DNA of 64,000 nt from Octopus vulgaris (Eukaryota). The stretch is from positions 13,268,001-13,332,000 of the forward strand of contig OX597820.1 in assembly GCA_951406725.2 (NCBI GenBank), in the 5' to 3' direction. A model generated the notes under the pieces. That model was not told the DNA's origin. It searched no databases and saw only the letters and a list, made by a program, of their open reading frames with translations. Of the stretch, positions 13,854-28,506 are shown in pieces. Positions within the stretch are counted from its first letter, which is position 1, and the number at the start of each line of letters is the position of its first letter. Made by a program: the position numbers and the translations under genes.

Positions 13854-14085
13854 GGTAGCTCAAAAGTAGGTTTACTGTTATTCAACTCTATTTCGCATTC
13901 ATATATAAACGGTTTAGATCTTAATTATAAAAAAATGTGAAACCATTATTCTATGCTAATTTAGTAAATTTTGTCAAGCTCCCTTTTCAGTTTGCAAGAT
14001 AGAAATTTAAATGTAATAAAATGTTTTGAAAGAAATTTAAAGTGCCTACGTTATAACTGTAAACTTACTTTTGGACCACCCAGTA
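13851..14085. mobile_element. Tc1/mariner-type MITE remnant
   Basis: CAAAAGTAGGTTTACTGTT is an inverted match to AACTGTAAACTTACTTTTG; ends CCACCCAGTA. Confidence 0.55.
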
Positions 14086-14270
14086 TTATTATAAAGCCGC
14101 ACAATATTTGAGAATTAATATAAACACATACTTTCTATGCTATGTAATACTGTTGTTACAGGGAAGGAACTTGAGTTCAACCAGTTATAAAAGCTTGTTC
14201 AGGCGCTCAATAGGATGAACATAACTATCTTGTTGTTCTTTTACTTTGTTCTTCTACACCTCTCTCTACA

Positions 14271-14274
<4 letters not shown>

Positions 14275-14341
<67 letters not shown>

Positions 14342-14497
14342 AAATAGATAGATGGATACATACATACATACATACATACATACATACATACATACATACA
14401 TTCATACATACATACATACTGACAGACAGACAGAAAACTATAAATGCGTGTGTGCGTATATGTGTGTATATATATAGATAGATAGATAGATAGATAG

Positions 14498-14584
<87 letters not shown>

Positions 14585-17500
14585 GATAGATAGGTAGGTA
14601 CGTAGGTAGAGAGATACATACATACATACATACATACATACATACATACATACATACATACAGACAGACAGACAGACATACGTACGTACGTACGTACATA
14701 CATACATACATACATACATACATACATACATACATACATACATACATACATACATACATACATACATACATACATACATACATACATACATACATACATA
14801 CATACATACATACATACATACATACATACATACATACATACATACATACATACATACATACATACATACATACATACATACATACATACATACATACATA
14901 CATACATACATACATACATACATACATACATACATACATACATACATACATACATACATACATACATACATACATACATACATACATACATACATACATA
15001 CATACATACATACATACATACATACATACATACATACATACATACATACATACATACATACATACATACATACATACATACATACATACATACATACATA
15101 CATACATACATACATACATACATACATACATACATACATACATACATACATACATGCATACATACATACATACATACATACATACATACATACATACATA
15201 CATACATACATACATACATACATACATACATACATACATACATACATACATACATACATACATACATGCATGCATACATACATACATACAGACAGACAGA
15301 CATACGTACGTACGTACGTACATACATACATACATACATACATACAGACAGACAGACATACGTACGTACGTACGTACATACATATATACATACATACATA
15401 CATACATACATACATACATACATACATACATACATACATACATACATACATACATACATACATACATGCATACATAGCATACATACATACATACATACAT
15501 ACATACATACATACATACATACATACATACATACATACATACATACATACATACATACATACATACATACATACATACATACATACATACATACATACAT
15601 ACATACATACATACATACATACATACATACATACATACATTCATACATACATACATACATACATACATACATACATACATTCATTCATACATACATACAT
15701 ACATACATACATACATACATACATACATACATACATACATACATACATACATACATACATACATACATACATACATACATACATACATACATACATACAT
15801 ACATACATACATACATACATACATACATACATACATACACACACACACATACATACATGCATACATGCATGCATACATACATACATACATACATACATAC
15901 ATACATACATACATACATACATACATACATACATACATACATACATACATACATACATACATACATACATACATACATACATACATACATACATACATAC
16001 ATACATACATACACACACACATACATACATACATACATGCATACATACATACATACATACATACATACATACATACATACATACATACATACATACATAC
16101 ATACATACATACATACATACATTCATTCATACATACATACATGCATACATACATACATACATACATACATACATACATACATTCATACATACATACATAC
16201 ATACATACATACATACATACATACATACATACATACATGCATACATACATACATACATACATACATACATACATACATTCATTCATACATGCATACATGC
16301 ATACATACATACATACATACATACATACATACATTCATTCATACATACATTCATGCATACATACATACATGCATACATACATACATACATACATACATAC
16401 ATACATACATACATACATACATACATACATACATACATACATACATACATACATACATAAATTCATACATACATACATACATACATACATACATACATAC
16501 ATACATACATACATACATACATACATACATACATACATACATACATACATTCATACATGCATACATACATACATACATACATACATACATACATGTATGC
16601 ATACATACATACATACATGCATACATACACACATACATACATACATACATAAATTCATACATACATACATGCATGCATACATACATACATGCATGCATAC
16701 ATACATACATACATACATACATACATACATACATACATACACATACATACATACATACATAAATTCATACATACATACATACATACATACATACATACAT
16801 ACATACATACATACATACATACATACATACATACATACATACATACATACACACACATACATACATACATACATACATACATACATACATACATACATAC
16901 ATACATACATACATACATACATACATACATACATACATACATACATACATACATGCATACATACATACATACATACATTCATTCATACATGCATACATGC
17001 ATACATACATACATACATACATACATACATACATACATACATACATACATACATACATACATGCATACATACATACATACATACATACATGCATACATAC
17101 ATACATACATACATACATGCATGCATACATACATACATACATACATGCATGCATACATACATACATACATACATGCATACATACATACATACATGCATAC
17201 ATACATACATACATACATACATACATACATACATACATACATACATACATACATGCATAAATTCATACATACATACATACATACATACATACATACATAC
17301 ATACATACATACATACATACATACATGCATACATACATACATACATACATACATACATACATACATGCATACATACATACATACATACATACATACATAC
17401 ATACATACATACATACATACATACATACATACATACATACATACATACATACATACATGCATACATACATACATACATGCATAAATTCATACATACATAC

Positions 17501-17717
17501 ATACATACATACATAAATTCATACATACATGCATACATACATACATACATACATACATACATACACACATACACACATACACACATACATACATACATAC
17601 ATACATACATACATACATACATACATACATACATACATACATACATGCATGCATGCATGCATGCATGCATACATACATACATACATACATACATACATAC
17701 ATACATACATACATACA

Positions 17718-17748
<31 letters not shown>
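14275..17748. repeat. Giant compound microsatellite: (CT)n, (GATA)n and ~3.1 kb of (ACAT)n with variant units
   Basis: Direct inspection; source of all MYVC/HTYI ORFs. Confidence 0.97.
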
Positions 17749-18081
17749 GCTTATCTAAAATCGCAGAGGAGAAAAACAGCCATTATCGGTTAACATGAAA
17801 CATCAGGTTGTTTTTTTGTTGTTGTTGTTGTTTTTTTTTTTCATACCAAGATATTTGTTAACTGGCATTTATAAGCTTACTTTCATATCTCTTAATCCTC
17901 AGCGAAGTAGACAGTATAAGAATCTGGTACAATGTAATGTATCCAGTGCAATGAAGAGGTGTTGAACATTCTTTAGAGTAAGAATCAAAATAAATTCCTT
18001 GGCGATTAGTTAATAAACTGAAGAGTTTGTAACCTGAAGATCCTGAAACTATTTCAATTGGAAGTCATTCATAGCAGAACG

Positions 18082-18084
<3 letters not shown>

Positions 18085-18118
<34 letters not shown>

Positions 18119-18294
18119 TACACACACACACGCATACACACACACACGCACGCATATACACACACATACACTCAATCTCTATATATTTACATATGTGTGT
18201 GAGGGTGAGATTATGTGTGTCTGTATGTGCATGTATGTATGCGTGTATATATATATATATATATATATATACATACATAGATACATACATACAT

Positions 18295-18333
<39 letters not shown>

Positions 18334-18453
18334 CACTCATACACACACAGAGGCACTCAAGCCATATATGTTTACATATGTGTGTGAGTGTGAGAGTATG
18401 TGTGTCTGTATGTGCATGTATGTATGCGTGTATATATATATATATATATATAT

Positions 18454-18512
<59 letters not shown>

Positions 18513-18535
18513 ATATATATATATATATATATATA
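18085..18535. repeat. Local tandem duplication (~185-bp unit) of microsatellite-rich sequence
   Basis: CACTCAA..TTTACATATGTGTGTGAG..GTCTGTATGTGCATGTATGTATGCGTGT at ~18170 and ~18354. Confidence 0.75.
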
Positions 18536-18537
18536 TA

Positions 18538-18667
18538 CAGGGTGTCCCCCAAAAATGTATACACACCTTAAATAATTGTAAATTTGTTATTCTTTGTAAG
18601 CCTAGTACTTATTCTATCGTTCTCTTTTGCCGAACCACTATGTGTATACATTTTTGGGGACACCCTG
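18538..18667. mobile_element. Tc1-type mini-MITE in (TA)n carrying a SINE fragment
   Basis: TIR CAGGGTGTCCCC(C)AAAAATGTATACACA with TA flanks; interior TTATTCTTTGTAAGCCTAGTACTTATTCTATCG matches family A SINE. Confidence 0.8.
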
Positions 18668-18737
18668 TATATATATATATATATATATACAGGGTGTCCC
18701 CAAAAATGTATACACATAGTGGTATACATATATATAC

Positions 18738-18799
<62 letters not shown>

Positions 18800-18976
18800 A
18801 TATAGTTAAGATAAATTGAATTTTAGATAAAATGTTTTTTTAATTTAGTGATATTTAGAATAATATTCATTATAATATATTTAAATTCTTTCCATATGAT
18901 TTATTATAGATAATATCTTTCACTATTAACTGAATTGCTTAATAGAGATTTTGTCTCTTAATTCTATATGTATATA

Positions 18977-19043
<67 letters not shown>

Positions 19044-19380
19044 TGCGTGTGTTCTAAGAATTTTGCTTCCCAGCTACAAGGTTCCATGTTCAGTCACACT
19101 GCGTAGCACCTTGGCCGTGTGACTTTTACGAGAACCTGGGGCTGACCAAAGCGTTTGTGAGTAGGTTTGATAGACGGAAACTGAAGGAAACCCGTTTTAC
19201 ATCCATGTACTATAATTATCATTTATATATATATATTAATATTGATATTTTAAAACTGACACGACCACCCAAATGTTATGTTCAAAAAGTAAAGAAACAA
19301 AAATGTCTTAAAACAGACGGAATTGAGCAGTATATAAATTTTTCTCTATGCACCTGTTCCCCATTTTATATATATATACG

Positions 19381-19412
<32 letters not shown>

Positions 19413-19419
19413 CATACAT

Positions 19420-19805
19420 GTGGCTGTGTGGTGAGTAGCTTGCTCACGAACCACATGGTTCCGGGTTCAGTCCCACTGCGTGGCACCTTGAGCAAGTGTC
19501 TTCTACTATAGCCTCGGGCCGACCAAAGCCTTGTGAGTGGATTTGGTAGACGGAAACTGAAAGAAGCCAGTCGTATATATGTATATATATATATATATAT
19601 ATGTTTATTTATGCGTGTATGTTTGTCCCCCAACATCGCTTGACAACCGATGCTGGTGTGCTTACGTCCCCGTACCTTAGCGATTCGGCAAAAAAGACCG
19701 ATAGAATAAGTACTAGGCTTACAAAGAATATGTCCTGGGGTCGATTTGCTCGACTAAAAGGTGGTGCTCCAGCATGGCCACTAAAACAAGTAAAAAATAA
19801 AGAGT
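19420..19805 (+). mobile_element. Family A SINE (a degenerate 5' half also lies at 19045-19195)
   Basis: TGGCTGTGTGG..GGGTTCAGTCCC..ACCTTGAGCAAGT..tail. Confidence 0.88.
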
Positions 19806-19832
19806 ATATAATATAATATATATATATATATA

Positions 19833-20203
19833 CTAGCAGTATCGCCCGGCGTTGCTCGGGTTTGTAAGGGAAATAACTATAAAGTATTTTTAGAGAGTTA
19901 TAGCAAAAAAATGGGAAAAAAATGATGGTAAATTTTTTTTTTAGTTAAAAAGGTCGATGTGCGTCCCCTAGACAGTCTGTGGTTTGTGTTTCTGATTCTC
20001 GACCCCATGGCGAATTTATCGTTTTTTTCAGAACTGGGGGAACTTTTCAAAATTTTCGCTGCATTAGTTTTGAATTATGACATTGGGCTATGTGTGTGTC
20101 AAGTTTCATCAGAATCGGTTGAAAGCTGTGGTCAGGTTGAGGGTACAACCTAACAGACACACAGAAACACACACAGACAAACTGCCGTTTATATATAGAG
20201 AGA
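19833..20203 (-). mobile_element. Non-autonomous Helitron (~370 bp)
   Basis: Minus strand 5' TCTCTCTATATATAAACGGCAG, 3' hairpin CCCGAGCAACGCCGGG followed by CTAG|T; closely similar to 58250-58632. Confidence 0.8.
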
Positions 20204-20254
20204 TATATATACATACATACATATATATATATAATATATACATATATATATATA

Positions 20255-20660
20255 CTCTTTCACTTGTTTCAGTCATTTGACTGCGGCCATGCTGGAGCAC
20301 CGCCTTTAATCGAGCAACTCGACCCCGGGACTTATTCTTTTGTAAGCCCAGTACTTATTCTATCGGTCTCTTTTGCCGAACCGCTAAGTAACGGGGACAT
20401 AAACACACCAGCATCGGTTGTCAAGCAATGCTAGGGGGACAAACACAGACACACAAACACACACACGCATATATATATATATATATACATATATACGACG
20501 GGCTTCTTTCAGTTTCCGTCTACCAAATCCACTCACAAGGCTTTGGTCGGCCCGAGGCTATAGTAGAAGACACTTGCCCAATGTGCCACGCAGTGGGACT
20601 GAACCCAGAACCATGTGGTTGGTAGACAAGCTACTTACCACACAGCCACTCCTGCGCCTA
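20255..20660 (-). mobile_element. Family A SINE, full length
   Basis: Reverse complement of the 8557-9038 architecture. Confidence 0.9.
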
Positions 20661-20688
20661 TATATATATATATATATTACATATATAC

Positions 20689-20748
<60 letters not shown>

Positions 20749-20838
20749 TTTATATATATATGTACATATATGTAATATAATATAATATGTGACAATTATT
20801 CAGTTGCCATAATAAGGGTCCGAGTTTCGGATGTCGGG

Positions 20839-20883
<45 letters not shown>

Positions 20884-20886
<3 letters not shown>

Positions 20887-20982
20887 ATAGTAAGCACATA
20901 AATGTGAAACAAGGTAAAAAAAAATAGTACTCGAATACCGGAGGTAAAGTAATATGCTTTAGTAATAAAGCTGCAAAGACAA
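20884..20982 (-). mobile_element. Fragment of the TA-inserted element family seen at 49609
   Basis: CACATAAATGTGAAACAAGGT..AGTACTCGAATACCG..AGTAATATGCTTT matches 49620-49685. Confidence 0.7.
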
Positions 20983-20989
20983 TATATAT

Positions 20990-21160
20990 TCTCTTTTACT
21001 CCCTGTTATTTCAGTCATTTGACTGCAGCCATGCTGGAGCACCGCCTTTAGTCGAAGAAATTGACCCCAGGACTTATTCTTTGTAAACCTAGTACTTATT
21101 CTATGGCTCTTTAACCGAACCGGTTGTCAAGCGACTGTGGTGGGAGAACAAACACAGACA
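20990..21160 (-). mobile_element. Family A SINE, 3' part
   Basis: TTTCAGTCATTTGACTGCAGCCATGCTGGAGCACCGCC. Confidence 0.8.
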
Positions 21161-21864
21161 TATACATATACATATATATATGTGTGTGTGTGTGTGTGTA
21201 TGTGTGTGTAATGTATAAAGAGATGAGGAAGAGATGTATAGAGAAAAATTTGCAAAATGCTCAGTTTTTTCTTTTCAAAGTTTCCATGTTTTCTGCGTCA
21301 TTTCAAGACATGTCTGCTTCTGTGGTTTTCCAATATAATATTTGGGTGCTCGTGTCAGTTTTTAAATATCGATTATTATTTTTTTTAGCTGAACACAGAA
21401 ACTTTGACAACAGTTTTTTATTTAAAATTTCAGAATTAGTTTTGACTAAGATTGTGTTTAGACGTGCAAGTCATCCTAATTGTCAGATAATCTATCATGG
21501 ATTGTAAAAATTACAATTTTCATTTTTACCAGTAACAATAAATGTCATGAATTTTATAAAATATTTGAAAGATTTTAATATGAAATCTTTTTAGAAATAT
21601 TCTCAAGTGACATATTTTCAATATTTCACAATCTAGTTTACATTTTAAACTTTTTCTATTTATCTATCTCCCTGTTTATTTGACTTTCTATCTATCTGAC
21701 TGTCTAACCGTCTATCTACCCCAGTATCTATCTGGCTGGTTTTGTATTTGTATTTATGTTTATATACAAGTAAGTATAGAATGAGAGAGGGCAAGAGGCA
21801 GTGACTGAGAAGGGAGAAACTGAGAGGGAGAGAGAGGGTGAAAGGTTTTAAAAAGTCAACAAAT

Positions 21865-22096
21865 TAGATAGATATATAGATATATAGATAGAGATAGAGA
21901 GATAAAGAGATAGATAGATAAGTAGGTAGGTTGGTAGATATATAGATAGGTATGTATGTATGTATGTATGTATGTATGTATGTATATGTGTTTCTATGTA
22001 TGTATGTATGTATGTATGTATGTATGTATGTATGTATGTATGTAGGCAGATAGGTAGGTAGGCAGGCAGGCAAGCAAGCAGGAAGCCAGATAAATT

Positions 22097-22165
<69 letters not shown>

Positions 22166-22235
22166 ATAAACAGCAGACAGACAGGTAGGTAGATAGATAG
22201 ATTGGTTCACAGACAGACAGACAGACAGACAGACG

Positions 22236-22318
<83 letters not shown>

Positions 22319-22320
22319 GA
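21865..22320. repeat. (GATA)n/(ATGT)n/(GACA)n compound microsatellite
   Basis: Direct inspection. Confidence 0.95.
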
Positions 22321-23147
22321 GAAGCGATGTGGTAATAACTTTCATATGAATCATTTATTGAAAACCTGTCTCTTACACTTACACGCACGCACACACACAC
22401 ACACACACACTCACACACACACACTAATAGCAGTTCAAGCCGATGGTTTGGATACACAGTACACACAGATAAACACTTAGTTGTGAATATGTATGACTGT
22501 ACGAGCATAAGCACACACACTTATAATATACACTCAGACATCACACACGCTCACATGCGCACCCTCACACATATGTATTTATAAACCTTCATGCGTACTC
22601 GCTCGCGCATACGTGTTTGTGTGTGTGTGTGTGTGGAGAGAGAGAGAGCGAGAGAGAGAAAGAAAAAGAGTGGGAGGCAGAGGGAGAGAGAGAGAGAGAG
22701 AGAGACGGAAATAGAAGGCGAATTTTAAGGACGTGAAGTAAATTTTCCGGTTACTCTCTTGGTTTTTAAAACAAATTTTATCCCACTTATATCATACATC
22801 ATATCTTAATCTCCCGGTAACGATTTACAGTTGTGGCATTTCCGTATTTACGGCAATATAAAACCGCTCAAGTTTCAATCTACAGCAGGTTTTGGTCACT
22901 TACGAATCTCTCTACGTGCTTCAGAGACTCATAATAGCCGCCATTAACTCTATATTCAGTGTCATTAAGACGCTGCTCTATTTCTAATTCGATGGGTATG
23001 TTCAGTGACAGTAAATTGATAATTGGTTAAACCAATTGAGTTTATCGCAGTTCATACACTGCTGTAAATGATCTCTGCGTCCCATGATTTATTTCTTGTT
23101 GCTTCTGTTTTCCCGGCATGATAACGGCTTCAAGTTTTGGCACAAAT

Positions 23148-23385
23148 GAAGGCGGCAAGCTGGCAGAAACTTTAGCACGCCGGGTGAAATGCTTAGCGGT
23201 ATTTCATCTGCCGTTACGTTCTGAGTTCAAATTCCGCCGAGGTCGACTTTGCCTTTCATCCTTTCGGGGTCGATAAATTAAGTACCAGTTACACACTGGG
23301 GTCAATGTAATCGACTTAATCCCTTTTGTCTGTCCTTGTTTGTCCCCTCTATGTTTAGCCCCTCATGGGCAATAAAGAAATAAGT
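23148..23385 (+). mobile_element. tRNA-derived SINE, family M
   Basis: AAGGCGGCAAGCTGGCAGAA (A box), GAGTTCAAATTCC (B box), central GCCTTTCATCCTTTCGGGGTCGATAAATTAAGTACCAG (resembles a Meta-type domain, from memory). Confidence 0.85.
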
Positions 23386-23789
23386 TTTGGCACAAGACTG
23401 ATAGTTTAAAGTTTGTGGTGGGGGGGGTTCAAATGGTACATATTTTATCAATTCGAAGGAATGAACAGCAAATTCGAACACGGGGCGATTGAACATCAAA
23501 GCCGAATGTAATAAACCGGAAAAAAGCTGCTCGGCAATTTTGTTCGGTGAGCTAACGATTGTTCTAACTCGCCGCTTTTCTCAGCATAGTAATAGATAGA
23601 GCTTAGAGGAAAACCAACGAAGGATGAAGGATTCCCTTCATCTGGGAGATATATAACAGCCACATTACCATCAAATTATATCCTGACGTCGCCAAAGATA
23701 GACAGACTGGTTGGCCAGTATGAATCTAGATTTAAGAAGACGAACCGATTGGAATAACTTTATTGATATATCTAACAGTTAGAGATACA

Positions 23790-24068
23790 AGTAAAATTAA
23801 TGGCATGGACATGTCAAAAGAAGCTCCAGTCAAGTAAAGATAATCCTGCACGTTACAGTGGAAGGTGGATGAAGCAAGGCAGGCCGAGGAAAAGTTGAGC
23901 TTGTAACATCCATGAGTGGACGGGCCTCATTTTTGCCGACTCACATAGAGCACAAAAGTCGGAGAAAATTGAAGAAATCTTGTTGTGACGTCATCACCGA
24001 TCACACGGTAGAGGGATAGGATGGGATAGGGTGGATAGGATGAGACAGGATGGGATAGGATAGGATAT
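23790..24068 (+). mobile_element. RTE-type LINE 3' end
   Basis: WHGHVKRSS..KIILHVTVEGG..GRPRKS..NIHEWTGL followed by a (GGATA)n tail. Confidence 0.7.
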
Positions 24069-24409
24069 ACCTGGAGCAGGGCTAGTCTCAGGATAAACAA
24101 CAATATTTCAAATCCAAAATAGGCCCCTGTCTCTGTGGATGGGTCTGCAAAATATCCTTTCCTCTTCTAAGTAGGCGATTTAAAAATCCATAATCATAGA
24201 TTGCATTTTGTGAAGTAGCATACATAAGACATGTAAAAGATTAAGAGGGTGTATCAGAGATACATGGGATTGTATGAAGTGTAAAGCAATCCTAATAAAT
24301 GTACAATAGTGTGTTGGGAACATTATTCGTCATAAAACAGTTGTCCTCCGATTACGAAACAAAACAGCAATTAACATATTCAGGTCCGAAGAAGCTTGAG
24401 CATATTGGT

Positions 24410-24640
24410 TTCAAATTTTGGCACGAGGCCAGCAATTTCGAGGCAGAGAGTAAGTCGATTCGATCGACCCCAGTGCTCTACTGGAACTTATTTGGTTGAC
24501 CGCGAAAGGGTAAAAGTCAAAGTTGATAGAATAAGTAATAGGCTTCAAAAGAAAAACCCCTCGGGACGATTTCTTCGACTAAAACCCTTTAAAGCAGTGC
24601 TCCAGCATGACCCCAGTCAAATGACTGAAATAAGCAAAAT
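24410..24640. mobile_element. Abutting family M (-) and family A (+) SINE fragments
   Basis: GGCACGAGGCCAGCAATTTC..CGACCCCAGTG, then GATAGAATAAGTA..CTCCAGCATGACC. Confidence 0.65.
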
Positions 24641-25098
24641 AATGATTTCTATTTTCCCTTTAATTTAATAATTTTTACTGGTATTTGATGTGTCGTATCT
24701 TTTATTTTGATGTATACTCAAATAAGCTAAAACTGTATTATAATTCAATTAGCAATTTTAACATGATGCTTTCAAAGTGAGTTAAAAACAAAAGTCAACA
24801 ATCTGTTTATATCGGTTTATCAAATTATTATATCAATTTAACTTTTATCAAAACCATCCTTATTCGGGGAAAAATCCTTTAATACTCCACTGCAGACAAC
24901 TAATGATTCCGAAACAGATGTGTAAGTATTGCTATACAGCACAATCATATGACCACAACTGTGTAGGTTGATTCGACAAATTAATAAACAAATAACAAAA
25001 GAACAGAAGATATGTAATCACTTTCATTACTTTACAGCCGTTTCTGGTATATGAGTGAGTATATATGTGGAGGCGTATATATGAGTGAGTATATATAT

Positions 25099-25336
25099 GT
25101 GGAGGCGCAATAGCCTAGTGGTTAGGGCAGCGGACTCGCGGTCGCAGGATCGCGGTTTCGATTCCCAAACCGGGCGTTGTGAGTGCTTATTGAGCGAAAA
25201 CACCTAAAAGCTCCACGAGCTCCGGCAGGGGGGGTGATCCCTGCTGTACTCTTTCACCACTCTTTCTCCTACTCTTTCTTCTGTTGGCCTGCTCGCTTAG
25301 CCAGCGGGGTGGCGTCATTCGAAGGCTAAAACAATG
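25099..25336 (+). mobile_element. Family R SINE, tail A, 3'-truncated
   Basis: Matches the copy at 13358; its 5' junction (ATATGAGTGAGTATATATGTGGAGGCG) is locally duplicated. Confidence 0.85.
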
Positions 25337-25942
25337 TCTTTATTGACCACACCAGGCTGAACTCAGAGGGACAGAGGGGACAAATACAAATGTAGAGTTT
25401 GTCTTCACGAAAATGAAAAAAAGGGAAAAATAAGAAAAAAAGTAAAATTCCTATCAAAAGGGATGGGGGTAAAAACGAGATAGATAAAGTAGAAAAACAG
25501 ACACACAGACAGATAAGACAGATGTTGTTATGCATAGACGACTTGCGAAGTCCCAGTCAACTTAACCTTCACTCTACACTTTGTATAGTAAACACACCAT
25601 CAGTGAATGCGCTGCTGTTATTCTTAAATATAGTTTAAAATAATAAATATATTTTAAGCTTTTATATAAATACGCCAGTGTGTTTGCGCACGCATGTATG
25701 CGTATGTGCGTGTGCGTGTGTCTAAGTCTGTGTATCATCCTATCATATTCGATACACATCTTTCTCTCTATCTTTTCTCTCCTGCCTCTCTAGCTGTCTC
25801 ACTCTCTCTACATACACACATACATATATTCATACATACATACACACGAAATCTTGAAATATAATACATACAAACATACTACATATATACATACATACAA
25901 ACATACTACATATATACATATATATACATGTATATATATGTA

Positions 25943-25999
<57 letters not shown>

Positions 26000-26004
26000 G
26001 TATT

Positions 26005-26044
<40 letters not shown>

Positions 26045-26075
26045 TACATCAATATGTGTGTGTGAGTGTTTGTGT

Positions 26076-26360
26076 GAAAGCGCGTGGCTTAGTGGTTAGG
26101 GCATTCGGCTCACGATTGTCAGGTCGTGAGTTCAATTCCCAGCGACGCAAGACACTTTATTTTACGTTGCTCGAGTCTACTCAGCTGGCAAAAATGAGTT
26201 GTACCTATATTTCAAAGGTCACGCTGAATCTCCCTGAGAACAACGTTAGAGGTACATGTGTCTGTGGAGTGCTCGGCCACTTGCACGTTAATTTCACGAG
26301 CAGGCTGTTCCGTTGAGCGTATCAGCTGGGACCCTCGTCGGCGTAACTGACGGAGTGCTC
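26076..26360 (+). mobile_element. SINE with a different tRNA head, CORE-like body and tail type B
   Basis: GTGGCTTAGTGG..GAGTTCAATTCCC head, GCAAGACACTTTAT CORE-like segment, then a tail matching 63285-63472. Confidence 0.75.
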
Positions 26361-26474
26361 ACCGATATATATATACATACACAAATATCTGTGTGTGTGT
26401 GAAGGTATATATGCATATGTATATAAAGAGAGAGAGAGTGGGATATATATTATATATATGAATATATATATATA

Positions 26475-26860
26475 CTAGCAGCATCGCCCGGCGTTGCTCG
26501 GGTTTGTTTCGACCCTTTAGAATTGGAAATTTTGAAAAGTAAATATTCTGCATTATGTAGCTTGTTATTCTCTTTAAGTGAACATTTTTCTGGTTGAAAT
26601 ACACCGAAAAATGGCGACACAGCAGTCAAAAAATCGTAAGAAATAGGGATTTTCATAGAAAAAAAGCACCTTTTTGATGTAAATAATTTTTGGTGTTAAC
26701 ATGGTCCGATTTGAATTTTATCTTCTACGGAATGAAGAGCAAGCCTTCGTCTATCATACTCTCAATTTTGGTCAACTTGCGCCGCAGGGTCTCGAAGGAG
26801 ATAGTGTTGAAGGCTACCAAACCTGCCATACTCAGACAACTTCAGTTTTATATATAGAGA
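26475..26860 (-). mobile_element. Non-autonomous Helitron, second subfamily
   Basis: Same 3' hairpin + CTAG as the 19833 copy, different interior, 5' TCTCTATATATAAAA. Confidence 0.75.
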
Positions 26861-26933
26861 GGTATATAGAATACGTTTAAAATATACTTATGTAATATAT
26901 AAAATATACATTTAACACATCTATAAATAAATA

Positions 26934-26988
<55 letters not shown>

Positions 26989-27708
26989 CACACACATACG
27001 CACACACACAGAGCTGAAATTAAGTGATACATGCATACATATCTTTCTGCCATTTCTTAATTGGACGTACAGCACCACCAAGAAACATAATCTTGATAAA
27101 ACCAGATGATTACGCAACATAAGGCAAGTGATGGAATGTTGAGTGATTTACACTCACCAATAATGAATGCTATTCGTAATATTACAGAACATCGTTGACC
27201 TAAGCACCAGACTTTGGCATTCACCTCACTTTCACCTCTCTTTATATAGAGGCTGCAATAACATTACTGAAATGTTTATATTCATTGGTGGTTCTTTTTT
27301 GTTTTGGTTTTGTGGTTTATATTTACTTCTTCGTTTGTTTATAACTTTTGTATTGTATATTTATTTGCTCTGTATTATTTGGTGTATCAAAGAGGAAAGG
27401 TTGTTCTCTTACTCAATTAAGGTGTGAATAGGCTAGAAATTTTACCATCAGACTTGATTTAAATTGGAGCTTGGCAAGTGCAGAGTAAAGAATTAACTCC
27501 GATTGAGGGAAAAGCATAACATCTAAACTGAAGATACAAAATAATATGTTTCTGACGAGGAAAGGATTGTGTATCTACAAAAGTAAATAGTTATCATGTG
27601 AATAACAAAATTAAATACCGGTGTTGAAACATGTAAATTCTATAGAACAGGCACACCCCCCACACACACACGCACTCATGTGTGTGTAAGTATTCATACA
27701 GACACATA

Positions 27709-27923
27709 CAGCTTTAGTTTATATTAATTGTATTTCAGCCAGATTTCTTTCGTCACAGTTCTGTGACCTCATTAGTGGTCCTTTGCTTTTTTCTTTCTTG
27801 GCAGGTCGTTACGGAGGAGAGACACAAAAAAAAACGAATAAGGAAGCAAAAGGCCACTGATGAGGTCACAGAAGTGTGACAAAAGAACTCTGGCCGAAAT
27901 ACAATTAATATGAAATAAAGCTG
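27709..27923. mobile_element. Fold-back element with a hammerhead-like core
   Basis: 27709-27787 is an inverted match to 27844-27923; CTGATGAGGTCA...TGGCCGAAA on the + arm; stems I and III not resolved. Confidence 0.55.
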
Positions 27924-28029
27924 AAGCAAGTAAACACCAAATATACAGTGTCTGTGTTTTTATTGGCTAAATTGATAACATGACCATCCCCAAATAAAAG
28001 AATATCTGTTTCAACACACGAATTCACAT

Positions 28030-28362
28030 CATTTGACTGCGGCCATGCAGGAGCACCGCCCTCCAGTCGAGCAAATCGACCCCAGGACTTATTCTTTGTA
28101 AGCCTAGTACTTATTCTATCGGTCCTTTTTTGCCGAACACCTAAGTTACGGGGACATAAACACACTAGTATCGGTTGCCAAGTGATGTTGGGGGGGGGAC
28201 AAACACAGACACACAAACATATACGCACACATACATATATATACAAGGGCTTCTTTCAGTTTCCGTCTACCAAACCACCCACAAGGATTTGGTCGCCCCG
28301 AAGCTATAGTAGAAGACAGTTGCCCAAGTTGCCACGCAGTGGGACTGAACCCGGAACCATGT
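28030..28362 (-). mobile_element. Family A SINE
   Basis: Tail and CORE motifs on the minus strand. Confidence 0.85.
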
Positions 28363-28438
28363 GATACATATATATATATATTATATGTATGCATATACAT
28401 ACATCTGTAGCTATATATATATATATATATATATATAT

Positions 28439-28494
<56 letters not shown>

Positions 28495-28506
<12 letters not shown>

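Noticed and set aside
14241-17798. Long ORFs up to 539 aa (MYVC/HTYI repeats)
   Set aside because: Translations of (ACAT)n, which lacks stop codons in most frames; the same applies to YIYI, VCVC and poly-I/H/Y ORFs throughout
22897-23030. Possible minus-strand exon (..NGGYYESLKHVERF|GTAAGT)
   Set aside because: Good donor but no polypyrimidine acceptor, an in-frame stop ~40 codons upstream, and no recognisable protein
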